Origin: the human T2T-CHM13v2.0 reference genome, Homo sapiens
Reading direction: 5' to 3' (one strand)
Assembly (NCBI RefSeq): GCF_009914755.1
Contig: NC_060947.1
Length of the DNA stretch: 64,000 nt
Below the pieces are notes generated by a model. That model saw only the letters and a list, made by a program, of their open reading frames with translations. It did no database searches and had not been told where the DNA came from. The translations under genes were made by a program, and so were the position numbers. Shown here piece after piece: positions 25,162 through 41,295 of this stretch; positions within the stretch are counted from its first letter, which is position 1; the number at the start of each line of letters is the position of its first letter.

Positions 25162-27950
25162 CTGGTGATATTTGGTCATATATTCATTGACTACTGACTC
25201 TGGAGCGGCTGTTATTGATTGAAGCAGTGACAAATCAAACGGAAAGGAGGCCGTGGTAGCAAGGGAAGGAGCAGGCTTCAAGTTCTGCAAGCCTTTTGCA
25301 CTCCACTGTCCAGCTCCCCAGAAACACTGAACCGGGTGGGCCCCGCTCCATCCGGGCAGGGCTAGAGGTCACCGGGTGAGGCTAACTCGGGCGTCGATTT
25401 CATGTCAGTCAGAAAACACGCACGTGGACGCACGCAGACACCCACCTGTTCACGGCCAAACATCAGCGGCAACGGCCTCCTCGCCTCCTCTGCCCCTATC
25501 CCAGGCTGGGTGGGAAAGAGCATCATGACCCACTGCTAACACTGAACACACGCCGGAGCTGGCCCCGGATGTGGGCCCAGAGGCTGCCCCAGCCCTGGTC
25601 CTCCGAAGGGCTCACGGGTAGCCCGGCCACTGAAAGGGCCTATGGCTGTTTTTCTTTTGGATTCAGGCCTCAGAAGAAGCAATGACAGCAGGGAGGGAAG
25701 CTTTTGGCCCTGGTGATTATAATGCTCTCTGCTTTGGAAGAACAAGTTTCTGGATTTTTTTGGTGTTTCTAATTATTAAAAAAAGATGATCAAAAAGAAC
25801 TGTTACAGCTAAACTCTCTAGCAGATATTGCTCATTAAGAATTACAAAAGCAAATGCAATTACTCGTAGGATGGGGGAGAAGAAAGGGACATTTCTGGAG
25901 TCTTCACTACTCCTGGAGGGGACCCCTTGGACTGACGCACATGATTCTGGGGTCCCTGGCGTTCTACCTGGTGCAGCTCACAGGTTCCGAGACAGGCCAG
26001 GCCTCCCGTCTCCGCTCCAGCCCCCAGGCTCGACAGAGTGGGAAGGATGAAACACACTCGGACCCTACTGGCAGGGAGGCCTGCGAGGCTGACTCCACAT
26101 GGGCTCACCCTGACCAGGTCACGGGAAGGGGACTGGGGGAGTCAGGCCACCCCAGTGGACTCCAGCTCCCAGAGGTGGAAGGCGACCAGGCTGTGCCGAC
26201 TACGTTCCGGACTTCAGCAGGTCAAGGGAGCGCTCCTGCACCCAGAACCTTGGGACCTCTTTCACAAGCACGGGAGAAACAAGAGTGCAAAACCTGGGTG
26301 CTGCCTGGAGCCTCCTTCACCTGGCACAGGAAAGCCCTTGAAAGAAGCGAGGAAAAGACCACGAATCTGCTTGGACAGAAGAAGTGACCAGCAGACAGAT
26401 TTGTCGTTTTTTTTTCTTTTTTTTCTTTTTTTATTTTCCCTTGTCCTATGCTATGGTTATCAGAAATATTGTAATTAAGCAACAGGTATAATTTTAACAG
26501 GTCTTTTTTTGTGTGTGTGGAGCCACAAGCAAAATGAGTTTATAATTGTGCAATATACAGATATATATATAAAAATTCAACTGCTTTGTGTGTCTAGTCG
26601 GTGCGTTAAATAAAAGGGACAGAAAAACTAAAAGCAAAACTAAAAAGCAAAACAAAAGCCCAGGATAGAGGAGACAAAGCAGGCCTATGCGCACAGTCTA
26701 TGTGTTACTGGATATAATCAGGGTCACCAGGAAGAACAGCTTTGCCACTTGACACACAAACACTGCGGGGAGAGGGGCTATCAGTGGGCAGGAGCCAAAC
26801 CTCTTGGCCTTTTCACCTCATCTGCTCTCACTGCTGAGCAGGACCTGATTAAAGGTAGGACAGAATGGGGGTTTGGGGGCAAAGAGATTTCCAAATTCCC
26901 CAAATGTTCTTGAATTCAAAGGTAGGATTTCCTCCAGGGTCTGGGCTCTGCCTGTGCACAAGTCGGAGCCCGGAGCGGGAGCTGGGGGTTGTGCTCCCTC
27001 CTTGCACTGCCCTCACACCTGCTTCCTTCTGCCTCCTGACAGGGCAGGCAGGGGGCCTTGGGGAGGCAGTGAGAGGCCAGCTCAGAAGGCTCAGCTGATC
27101 CGAGGCGAGCAGAGCAGGAGTGGGCAAGGCAGGCTGCCCCTCAGGCAGAAGTGCCTTCCTAGTTCCCTGGGTGTTTTCCTGACACGTCAGCGCTGGGGCA
27201 GGCTCTGTCAAGATGAGAAGAGTGGGAAGGAGGGTGGTGCTGGGCCTTCCAGGTCACTGGTGAACGCTCCACCTTCCATACCACTCCCAAAAGACAGGTT
27301 CAGAAGCCATGTCCTCAGGTCGGCTACCTCCAGATTCCCCTTGCCTGTAATGCTCACCAGGCATCTCAGGCCAAGTGCTAAGTATTTTTAGATCAGCACT
27401 GTTGTAAAAGCTTGCTCGTATTCATTCAAAAACATCGAAATGTAATTTTCTGCCAAATGTTTTCTAGGTTTTCCTTCTAAATTGTTGAGAACTGACTTCA
27501 GTGTTCAGCTTTTCCCCTCTAATATGTAATTTTAGACCCTGGGGGAGGCAGTATCCTAACGATTTATAACAAGTAGACTATGCCTTTTCTAAAGATTGAT
27601 ACAATATCTAAAAGAGAAAGACACCAAAATGGAGAGAATCAACAAATCCCGTCAGAGCAGAGAGAAGAGTAGGAAGACCCGGAGGGAGCAGGGCTCTGCC
27701 CCCCCACCGGGCAGGTCCTCCAGACCCACTCCATGGTAGGAACTCTAGAAACAGCTGACTCCCTGAAGTCTAGGACACAGGTCCTAGAATCTGCAGGTGT
27801 GAACTTGAAACAGGAATCCATTTGGGGCAATGACACAGGCTAAAAATGTATATGCCCAAAGATCTTCTTAAAGAACTGGTACCTGTAACCTCCCCTGGCC
27901 CAGTCAGCCCAGAGAGCCTGACTGGAATGCTCTGGAAAAGGAGCTGTGGT

Positions 27951-27958
27951 TAGACGGG
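27951..27958 (-). promoter_or_regulatory. miR-483-5p 8mer site (CCCGTCTA), ~4090 nt into the UTR
   Basis: tagacggg on +. Confidence 0.65.
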
Positions 27959-30900
27959 GGACACAGAGTTCTGGCTGTCAGGCTCCACTTGGGCTAAACC
28001 AATTCCAGATGGTCCCGCGCAGGGGACTCCGCTCGTATCCCTCTGCTCCCTCCTGGGCTTGAGCCGCTTACTAAGTGATTTAAAATTCAGAGATTCTGTC
28101 AGCTAAAGAAACTCCTTTCTCCACCCAACTTGGCAGTTTGTGTCTGGTTATTACCCTCTTTCGCCATCACTGTCACAGCAATGAAAAGCTGGGCAGAGAA
28201 GCAGGTGACAATTTGGGGCTGCTCCCTGTCCCAGGTGCACTGTTCATGCTTCGGGCCTGGAATGATGCCACCCAACAGAAGATTGTCTGCACCCGCACTG
28301 GCGCTCACGAGTAGCAGCTTCCGCCATCCAGCGAGCTGAGAAGCTGGGGCCGTTGGCTAGTTTGGCACTGATGGATTGGGGGATGTGGCGTTTCTGGGTG
28401 TCCCCTGTGCCTTTTGATATGGGAATACAGCATCAACAGAAGGGAGCTGTGCTAGCGCCTGGCTGTGACCAAGTATCTCCAGCTCACTGAGCTGTCAAGA
28501 CCGGCAATCCCACTGGCTATGACAAGCCCACCAGCAGGCAGGGCCGGGAGGGGTAGACCTGGGGGGAGCTCGACGACATACAGTATTGTCAGGAGAGGAG
28601 GTAGTAACTAACAACTGGAACAAGGGTGGGGGAGACTGTGGATGTGGCCTTAATGACCTAGCCCCATGGGTACTGGAAAGCTGTCGGTCAATTCTGCTGT
28701 TCACAAATTCACTGAAAGAGGCCCCCATCTTCATAATGTTCAAGTACAGACAAAATTGAAATTGAGGTCACACCCCAAAACTGGGCCGGACACAGCTGGT
28801 GAGAATCCTGCAGCTTAAGGCTTTCCCTCCAACCTCCTGTCAACCTGACCCCAAGGCAGGGGCAGCATGAGAGCTGCAGGGCCCCTGCCTGCCAGGGCGA
28901 TAAACCGCCAAGGCTGCCTGCTGAAAGGCGACTGACTCGTGATGCCTTTGGGAAAGACGAGGGAATGAGGAAGAAAGGGGGAAATAGAGAGAAAACCCTA
29001 AGGAGCCTCAGGCCCCACTGGCAGCTCTGGAATAAACTGGAAGGGAAAGAGGCTGGGCAACTGCCTCTTTGAGGGAGCTGCAGGTGGGGCCCGAATGAAA
29101 TAAAGTGACGCTTGAAATGCTGTGTTCCCAACCACGACTGCCCCATCGGCCCTGAATGAACTGTCATGGGTGACAGGGGGGCCTGGTGGGCCACGCACTC
29201 CTCTTACCAGGACCAGATGACGCCCAGGTGACGGGGAAGCAGCTCTGGACAATGATTCCAGAAGCCACATTACATTTGACTAAGTATAATACATAAAAAC
29301 CCAACTGACCAAAATAAACATCTTCTCAGTGACAACCTGGTCGGATGCTGCGCTCTCGTGGATAAGTGTCCTTTGGTAGTGCCAGGAGTTCGAGGCCACT
29401 ATGGGGGCAGGAGCCTTCTGTCCTTGGAGGAAGAGTTCTGGAGGACTCACCCTCTCTTCTGACCCCCCTTCCCTTCCTGGGGAAGAGTCAGAAGTGAAGC
29501 TGGGGGGGTCATCAGCAGAGCAGGTGGAAGGGATCAGGGATCAGGGATTGGGCTGATGGGAGTTTGGTTGCAGGACTTGCTTTTACAGCATAAGGAAATG
29601 GACACATATATGCTAGAAAGTCCAACTATGAGACTCTACAAACAGAACGGGGCAAACTCCCTCACTTCTAACCATTCCAGAAGAGACAAACACGGTTTTT
29701 TCTTAAGCTACTGATTGGAACTGTCAACTATGGTTCCTGATCACTAAAGACTGGCAAGGAAGTGCTAGACAGTTTCTATGATGTTTCACTCCTTCATGAT
29801 TACACCATAGTAAGGAAGCCAGGGACAATAACTGAAATACACAAGACAACACACACTTGACAGTTCATGGCAGCAGCTCACATGGGACATGCCTGTGGGT
29901 GTTTCTGGAAGCATAAGACTGCTGTCTCATTTGCTACTTTGATAAGGTACTTCTCAGTTGGACAGATTTAGATATAAGAGACATCTCTGTAAACACAGAA
30001 AAGGATATACCAATATGATGAAGATATGCAGCTAGATAAGGACTTCCTGAACAGAGGTTAAAAAGATGGGATCCCACATGAAAACTGATCAATTAAAAAC
30101 CCACAGCAAGCCCATGCCTCTAAGCCCCTACACCACAGCTATGGACCAGACAGACAGTGAAATGTGTGGTGTTCTGGCCCCCTGTCTGCATCGAGCAAAA
30201 GCAAAACATTGCCATTCAAGAAGAACTCCGAGGGAAAAGGGGGAGCAGAGGAAGGGCTGGGGACCCAGGTACTGGTCCCAGCTCGGGTCTTGGGAGTTCT
30301 GCATTGGTACCGCTACTGCCCTGCTGCACTACGCTAGACTCTGGACTTCTGAGTGAGGTCAAGGTCGGCTGGCATGGAGCCCCTGTTGGGCCACTCGATG
30401 ACTGGCAGGCCACAGGAGGCCTCTGTGCTTTCCTCAACTACCAAATCGGGCCCAGCTCCTCCAGTCCACTTCTCTAGAGTAGAAGGGTGAAAAGGCTCGT
30501 TGTTCAGGGTGGGAAATGCCTTTTGCTTTTTCTTACCAGGGAAGAGGGGGCTACCTAGGAGAGCAAGACCTTGCTGCTCTCTTGCTCTTCACAGACAGGC
30601 CAGGTCGGACTCAGCAGAGCCCAAGGCCTCCTCAGGGCTCAAAACAGGGTGGGGCTGGTACTGGCAGCAGGAGGACAAAGGGCAGGCAGAGTTCTGGGGA
30701 CTGGAGCCGACAAGTGTGGTTGGGCACCGCGGCTGCCTGGAAGAGAAGGGATGAACTAGGAAGGAGGAGGACGGAGGAAGGGAAAGAAGTGAAAGGATGA
30801 AATGAACAAAAGGCAGAAATGGAAGGGGAGAAGAGAAACCAATCAGGAAGTCCTTATAAAATTGCAGCAAACACTTAGAGTTTCGGAGCTTCGTGGGAAC

Positions 30901-31627
30901 CCTATGTGCTGAGCCCACTTTAAAACAAGCGCAGGTATATATACAAATCCAGGTAGTTCTCAACACTGTCACATCTGGTGGCTTGAGGGACTAAATGTCA
31001 CCAATTCAAGCCAGTTTGCTCTCAGAGCATCTGTTTGTTTTGAAGTGGGAACATGAAGACTCAATAGTGCAAATAATTCTAAGCTGTCCCTAAAGGAGAA
31101 TTGGAAAGTAACTGGAAGAACATTTTCTTCTCCTCCCCCTTTGCCCCCTCCCCTGTCCACTAAGTCACAGACTGCTCTGAGTGATTAGGAATCCCTCTCA
31201 CCCCGCTGTGCTCTGCCCGGCCTGACCCCAGGCCAGCCTGCCTGCACCTTGTCCTACTGCCTCCATGGCCTCTAGCGCCACCCGTTGGAGGACGTCCCTT
31301 GAGAATGGACCATGCCACCTCACCCTGGGCCATCCTCTCCTGTGGTTCAGGCCAGTCTACACCCAGTAGTTCAAGGGACTCCCCCCTCCTAGCCATGCCA
31401 GAGCTGGAGCAGACAGGTGCCACTTTCCTGTCCTGTGAAGCGTCCTTGCCAGTTTTGGATTGGGGCTGGTGTGGGGCCAGACTTGAGCCACCACGGGTGG
31501 GATCGCACAGGCCATAGCCACTGGTCATATCCATCTTCTCTAAAGAATCCAACTGTCTCTCCTGCCTCACACCTCCCTGTCCCAACGTGGTTGGGAGTGG
31601 GGGAGGTGGGGGGAGCTGGGGGAGCTG

Positions 31628-31635
31628 TAGACGGG
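31628..31635 (-). promoter_or_regulatory. miR-483-5p 8mer site (CCCGTCTA), ~413 nt into the UTR
   Basis: tagacggg on +. Confidence 0.6.
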
Positions 31636-31939
31636 GCACTGATGGCACCGAAAACGGGAGTGTCCTCTCAACTGCTCTGTCGCTCTGTCTCTAACGACCA
31701 CATGGGGGAAAGGTTTGGGCGGGAGGGGAGGTGCCTGGTCAACAGCTTGTCTGGTCAGTAGTATCTGCAGCAAGCCTTGTTGAAGGAGCCTAGTTTAGAA
31801 AAGTGCAAAGCTACTTCTGGCCCTGGTTAGGTCTTCAACCTGACTGTGCTTGTCGGTAAGAAAAACATCCCCAATGCTCCAACTACTCCCACCCTGAAGC
31901 CACGAAACTCTAAGTTTACTGAAAGAAAAAAAAATATTT

Positions 31940-31945
31940 TTTATT
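31940..31945 (-). terminator. MECP2 proximal poly(A) signal AATAAA
   Basis: tttatt ~100 nt after the stop, followed by a U-rich tract; a second AATAAA at 32006-32011. Confidence 0.8.
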
Positions 31946-32047
31946 TCAGTTAATCGGGAAGCTTTGTCAGAGCCCTACCCATAAGGAGAAGAGACAACAG
32001 CTGCCTTTATTCTTGTTGGTTTGCTTTGCAATCCGCTCCGTGTAAAG

Positions 32048-33250
<1,203 letters not shown>

Positions 33251-33886
33251 TCACACTGCCTGGCTGCCCCTGAGGACCTGTCACCAAAGCCACTCACTCG
33301 TCTGCCTGCCGCTGACCCCCCCAGGCCTCTCCAAAGTTCAGCAACCAAAGAGTCAGGCCTGGTACAGAAGGGTTGTCAGGCTGAGGCCCATTCTGCTGGT
33401 TGGTGCCTGGGCCTGAGTCACCATCTAGAACATTCCCAAGTTTGAACTCAGGTACGGTGCTCAGTCTCTCCAGGAATCAGTTTCAACAAGATAATCCTTT
33501 GCTCACCCTTCTCATGGAATTAAATGAGGCTGTCTGCAAATGTCATTTGAAAACTGCTAACCTTTTTGGGATCATTTAAAAGGCAGAACTGAAACATGCT
33601 TCTTCACCCCTCTGAACCCCTGGCTCTGCAAGTTCCTCTGCTTCCGCAGCTATTCCATCCCCAGATAAAGACTTGAGGTGTGGAGAGGATAGAGGGCCTG
33701 CTACCTTGAGAACTTCCCACTCAGGGCAGCGACCTCTGTACACGGTCATTTCAAGCACACCTGGTCTCAGTGTTCATTGTTTATGTTCCCCCCGACCCCA
33801 CCCTGGGCACATACATTTTCCTGCTCCATGAGGGATCCTTGTCCCTGCCCTCCCTGCCCTGTAGAGATAGGAGTTGCTCTTACTTA

Positions 33887-34246
<360 letters not shown>

Positions 34247-35917
34247 TTAAACAAGTATGTAAGTATCACAGAGAACATGCCAGTCTGCAGAACAAGTGAG
34301 CAGAGGCAGGCTTGGACCCCCACCACATGCAAGGCCCCAGGCCATCATACACTCAGATCTTGATGTCCTTCCCCAGGACAACAGAGACTCGGGCCAAGCT
34401 GGGACCCAAATATTTCTTTAGGAATTTGGGCTGTGGGTGGTGCTGGCCGGTGTGCCTGACCTGCACTGTGGCCACCCACAAGTCTCCTAGCACTGCAGGA
34501 GAATCAGAGCCCTTTCCTCTGAGCGGAAACACTGCGGCTCCTGAGCATACCACCCCAGCATGAGTCGCACTTCAAGGGACTCTGGGCTCGATGGCTGACA
34601 AGAGGCCGTCGACTGCTGGAAAGGGAGCCAAATGGGGGAGGGGTCTCCTTTGTGAAGGCCGGGCCTTGGGTGTGTTTTTGGTTTTCTAGAATGAGGCTCA
34701 ATGAGGCACACAGTACAGTGTCATGGAAAGCACACACAGGTTTGGAGCCAGCCAACCTGCACTGAAATCCTTTGCCGCTTTCCAAACATGAACCCAGCAA
34801 ATGACCTCAGCATTCTGTGCTTCAGTTTCCTTATCTTGACAACAGGTAACCCCATCTAGGCATCCTTACTGTGAGCATCACAGGAGAAAAGGCACAATGG
34901 CACTATATAAATATCAGCTAACTCAGGCCACAGGAAACTACCGCCTAGGGTCCTGGGGGTGATAAGACAAGTGGTCCCAGGTGGCGTGAGCCTCTAACAC
35001 ATGTTCCCTGATGAGGAATGGCCTCGGCCACAGCAGATGCGGAGGGAAGAGCAAGGAAAAAGGTGTGGTCCAGGCAGAGCCATACATCCCCTTCCTGCCG
35101 GTGCAGAAGAGCACCCTACCTATTCTAGTGTGGGAGGCTTCCCCGTTCTTTTCTGGTGACCGAAGCAGCTCCTTCTCTACACATCACTTTGGCCCGGTGG
35201 GGTCTCGTCAGAAATGGCCACCGTGAGGCCCCACACCCCAGCATCACTATCTGGCCATGATGCTCTAGTACTCTGTCGAGTATGCCACCGTGAAACCTCC
35301 TAGGACTCCAGAGCCTCTGCAACAACAGGGGCAGCTTGGAAAGAAGCAGCAGCCACCTGCGAGTCCCTTCGTTAGCAGTTCATTCTGGAAAAGAGCATGA
35401 CTACTCCCACCCTCCGTGTTCTCAGCCCCACAACTCCCCTGTCCCATGTGGTTCACATCAGTGCTAGTCACCGCCTTGCGGCTGGTCTACCCCAAGAGAC
35501 TTCCCCTCTTGTCTACACTGCACAGACTGTGCAATGAGGGCACCATGGCACTCACTGGCAAGCATCCTTAGGAAACCAGAACTCAAATGATGTAGGGAAG
35601 TTACCAAAGGCTGCTTAGTGCTGGGACTCAGAAGCTGCAAGGACGTATCTCTCCAGAACCATCAGGTCAGGTGTAGGGAGGCAAGAGATGTTCCAATCTA
35701 GTGACAAGGTCTTAGAGTGAGGGAATGTCTTGTCCCCACCATGACTCACCCCTGAGTTCCTCCCTATCCTGTATCTTCCTCCAGAAGTTTAGGGCCCAGA
35801 GTGTGGCTGCCAGAGTCACCTAGAGCCACTGCATACACAAAGGCATCCTACAACCCACAGAGCAGTCTTTCTTGCTGTAAAGAGGGGTCCCTAATCTGTC
35901 CCAGCACAGAGCTCGCC

Positions 35918-36211
35918 TTGTTTTGTTTTTTGTTTTTTTTTTGAGATGGAGTCTCGCTCTGTTGCCGATGGCATAATATCGGCTCATCGCAACCTCCGCC
36001 TGCCGGGTTCAAGTTATTCTCCTGCCTCAGCCTCCGGAGTAGCTGGGATCACAGGCGTGTGCTACCACGCCAGGCTAATTTTTGTATGTTTAGTGGAGAC
36101 GGGGTTTCACCATGTTGGGCAGGCTGGTCTCGAACTCCTGACCTCAGGTGATCAACCCGCCTCAGCCTCCCAAAGTGCTGGGATTACAGGCGTGAGCCAC
36201 CGTGCCCAGCC
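35918..36211 (-). mobile_element. AluS
   Basis: Alu consensus reverse complement. Confidence 0.92.
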
Positions 36212-37128
36212 AGAGCTTCCTTTTCAAGTCTCTGAGTCTTACAGCTCTCAATGGGAAATGACGAAGAACCCTGGAAAGCTAGGTGTGGCCTGTTGCCCAC
36301 CAGAGATCAGCCTTTGAGAATGGACCCCTAGGCAGCTCCCCAGCTCCCCATAAAGGAGGGAGGGAAGGGGAGCCACCAGCAGAGTGGGCCAAGAAAGCAG
36401 ACAGATGGGAATCGCTACTTCTACACAATCCATCATGGCACTGCCTAACGCCAGGGCTGCTCCCTAGAACCCGGACGGTCCTAATGTCAGAGAAAAACAG
36501 TGAACTAATGGGAAAGATCTGGCTTCTTCGAAACTCTCATTTGCATTTCCCAAATACCTTAATCACCATGAGGTCAAACTATAAACCTAAACGTGACGTA
36601 AGGAATGCCTTCTAGAAATCTATGCTAAAGAGACACCTCCAGAAATCTCAAAGAACATATGCATGATGTTATTTGCTACAACATTATTTTTACCAGCCAA
36701 AGGCTTCCAATACCCCCGATCCCTATCACCAGGGCACTTGCTGAATAAACTTATGGTGCGCCCACACACTGGAGTACTGTGCAGATCCAAAGGGACTAAA
36801 CAAGAGCTCTAAGAACTGCGATGGAGTCATTTCCAGGATCCACTGTGAAGCAAAGGGAGCAAAGCGCAAACATATCTACTGCATTCTACCAAAGAAAGAA
36901 GGGGGGGTATTAAGGAAGGACACACCAGGAACTAATGAAATTGATTCCCTGCATGGGGTAGGGGGAAAAAGGTAAGGGTACAGGCACAGGAGTGAGGCCT
37001 AGCTGAACATGCCTCAGTGTAATTCTGACTTCTGAATCATGTAAATGTTTATATTACCCAAAATAAAATTCAAACTAAAAGTAACAAAACCTTATTACAC
37101 TTAATGCAAATAAAAACAAATGAGTTCG

Positions 37129-37615
37129 GGCCAGGCATGGTGGCTTCAGCCTACGATCCCAGCACTTTGGGAGGCCGAGGCGGGTCGATCACCTGAGGTC
37201 AGGAGTATGAGGCTGCAGTGAGCCATGACTACATCACTGCACTCCAGCCTGAGTGACAGAGCAAGACCCTGTCTCTCTCTCTCTCTTTTTTTTTTTTTGA
37301 GACAGAGTCTTGCTAGAGTGCCATGGCGTGATCTTGGCTCACTGCAACCTCCGACTCCTGAGTTCAAGCCTTCTCCTGCCTCAGCTTCCCGAGTAGCTGG
37401 GATTACAGGTACCTGCCATCACGCCCGGCTAATTTTTGTATTTTTAGCAGAGACGGGGTTTCACCATGCTGGCCAGGTTGGTCTTGAATTCCTGACCTCA
37501 GGCGATCCACCCACCTTGGCTTCCCAAAGTGCCGGGATTACAGGCATGAGACACCACGCCTGGCCAAGACCCTGTCTCTTAAAAAAAAAAAAAAAGAAAA
37601 GAAAAAAGAAAAGAA
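37129..37615. mobile_element. Plus-strand deleted Alu with a minus-strand AluS (~37286-37565) nested before its A-tail
   Basis: TSD caagaccctgtctct at 37262-37276 and 37565-37579. Confidence 0.9.
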
Positions 37616-38048
37616 ACAAATTTAATTCTATATCAAATTGACAATATACCACAGAGAAAAGATTTATTTCAAATGACTTTTGACTACAGTGCTCTGGAAA
37701 CCTGTAGTGGGACATATTCTAAGGCCAACAATAACACTCCAGGGGCAGTAAACACACTAGATTGGCTCCCAGGAGAGATATGTGATTCTGCTTCTGGGGC
37801 ATCTTGTGCCAGAAAGCCCGGGGAGTGCAAGAGAAAAACAGGGAGGGCCCATGAGAGGCCTCTAGCAGTGGTCCAGGTGTGGACCAGGGTGGGGGCAGTT
37901 GAGGATTTGGGGCTGGTCTAGGTGGTGAAGCAACAGAGCTCGCAGGTGGATTAGTGTGGGGGTGAGGGGCAAGGGTGAGTCAGGGACCATGTCCAAAGCC
38001 TGGGAAGATGGTGGTGCCACTGATTGAGAAGGAAAAGACTGAGGGGCC

Positions 38049-38324
38049 GGCTGGGTGCAGTGGCTCTCACCTGTAATCCCAGCACTGTGGGAGGCTGAGG
38101 CAGGTGGATCACCTGAGGTCTGGAGTTCGAGCCCAACCTGGCCAACATGGTGAAACTCCGTCTCTACTAAAAATACAAAAATGAGCCGGGCGTGGTGGCA
38201 GGTGCCTGTAAGTCCCAGCTACATGGAAGGCTGAGGGAGAAGAATCGCCTGAACCCAGGAGGCAGAGGTCGCAGTGAGCTGAGATCGCAAGACTCCGTCT
38301 CAAAAAAACAAAAACAAAAACAAA
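38049..38324 (+). mobile_element. AluS
   Basis: Alu consensus. Confidence 0.9.
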
Positions 38325-38515
38325 ACCACTGGAGCGGCAGGGGAGCAACACCCACAGAGACAGTTATACCATCAAGGAGAGAAAACAGTTCTTCAGCTAC
38401 TCGCTAGAAAGGGGGGAAACCCCGCTGTGATCAGATTCTGAGTTGGGCCTGAATGAAAATGAACTGTCTGCTTGGGGTTTTAAAGGCTTTTTATTGTGGT
38501 AAAATATACAAAACA

Positions 38516-38820
38516 GGTCAGGTGTGGTGGCTTACACTTGTAATCCCAGCACTTTGGGAGGTGAGGCAGGTGGATCGCTTGAGCTCAGGAGTTTGAGACC
38601 AGCCTGGGCAACATAGCAAAACCCTGTCTCTACAAAAAAAAAAAAAAAAAAAAAAAATTAGCTGGGCATGGTGGTGTGTGCCTGTAATCCTAGCTACTCG
38701 GGAGGCTGAGGCAGGAGGATCACTTGAGCCTAGGAAGTTGAGGCTGCAGTGAGCCGTTGATCATGCCACTGCACTCCTGCCTGGGCGAACAAACCAGACA
38801 CATATATGTCTCAAAAAAAA
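38516..38820 (+). mobile_element. AluJ followed by (AT)n(AC)n microsatellite (~38825-38858)
   Basis: Alu consensus; dinucleotide run. Confidence 0.9.
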
Positions 38821-38824
38821 ATAC

Positions 38825-38859
<35 letters not shown>

Positions 38860-38901
38860 AAACAAAGTTTACCTTTTTAACTATTTCTAAGTGTACAATG
38901 A

Positions 38902-39216
<315 letters not shown>

Positions 39217-39471
39217 TAAATGAACTTTTAAGAGCACTGAAGATGGGAAATAAAGGGTCTTTAACTCTACTGTAATATTCTAGTTCTTTCTAATGGAAAT
39301 TACTTGAAGCAAATATAGTATGATGATTTTCAATTCTGTGCAATGAAAGGCACATGGGTGTTTGTTAATTTGCTGGCTGCTACTTTTATAATTAAAGACA
39401 AATTTCAAAAAACCCACAAAGAAGCCTGGATTGTGCTGGGTGTGGAGTGCAGGTAAAAATGATAAAAAACG

Positions 39472-40330
<859 letters not shown>

Positions 40331-40995
40331 CTAATCAGAACCCCCCACACACACACAATCTTGATTATGAGGAGAACTAAATAGCTAGTTCACAAGTTCA
40401 TACATTTTACAGTTGAAGTATCCTCAGAAAAACCACCTATTCAACTCCTGAGTGTTACAGATGGAAAAAAAGAAGTTCGACTAGACAGAGGAACTTGTCT
40501 GAGATCACCGTGAGTCAAAAACACACGTGTCTGTTCACCAACTGCCTTCGTCCTGAGCCAGATCCTGCAGCATCCTTCCACCTCCAAGAACTCACAGTTT
40601 GGAAGGGAGGACAAATAGGTAACTACAACATAGTTCCAGCCTCCCTTCCCCCTGAAGAAAGCTTGCTCCAGGCACAGCGGAAGCACAGGGGTGTGGATAA
40701 TGAATCAGGAGTGAGTGGGCTGTCAGGGCTTATGAGTTCCACAGGTGGGACAGAGGGCTCAGGGCATGCCAGGCCAGATGGGCAGAGGCGGCACTATCAA
40801 CATGGTTATAGCTCCCACCCTATCACCCGTGTGACGCCCCTCCCTCGAGGAAAAAGTGACCAATGATGCCCACCCTGTGTCACCAGAGGCTCTGGGCCTA
40901 ACCCTGTCACCCCCTCCCACCTTTTCATTTGGAGAACTTTCAGGTTCATCTGGAGAACTTTCATCTTTCAGGTTCAGTTAGGATGGCACTTCTAG

Positions 40996-41295
40996 ACCGG
41001 GCGCAGTGGCTCATGCCTGTAATCCCAACACCTTAGGAGGCCGAGGTGAGCAGATCACTTGAGGCCAGGAGTTTAAGACCAGCCTGGCCAACATGGCAAA
41101 ACTCCGCCTCTACTAAAAATACAAAATATTTGCCGGGTGTGGTGGTGTGCGCCTGTGGTCCCAGCTACTCGGGGACTGAGGCATGAGAATCGCTTGAACC
41201 TGGGAGGCGGAGGCTGCAGTGAGTTGAGATAGTGCCATTGCACTCCAGACCAGGCGATAGAACAAGATTCCACTTCCCAAAAAAAAAAAAAAAAA
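40996..41295 (+). mobile_element. AluS
   Basis: Alu consensus. Confidence 0.92.

Larger units (their letters stand above)
23495..32047 (-). other. MECP2: MECP2 long 3'UTR (~8.5 kb, no recognisable Alu)
   Basis: Runs from the stop codon to a TATAAA/GU-rich end; length matches the known long isoform; end approximate. Confidence 0.9.

Noticed and set aside
40925-40978. Short duplication ggagaactttca / ttcaggttca
   Set aside because: Ordinary slippage micro-duplication.
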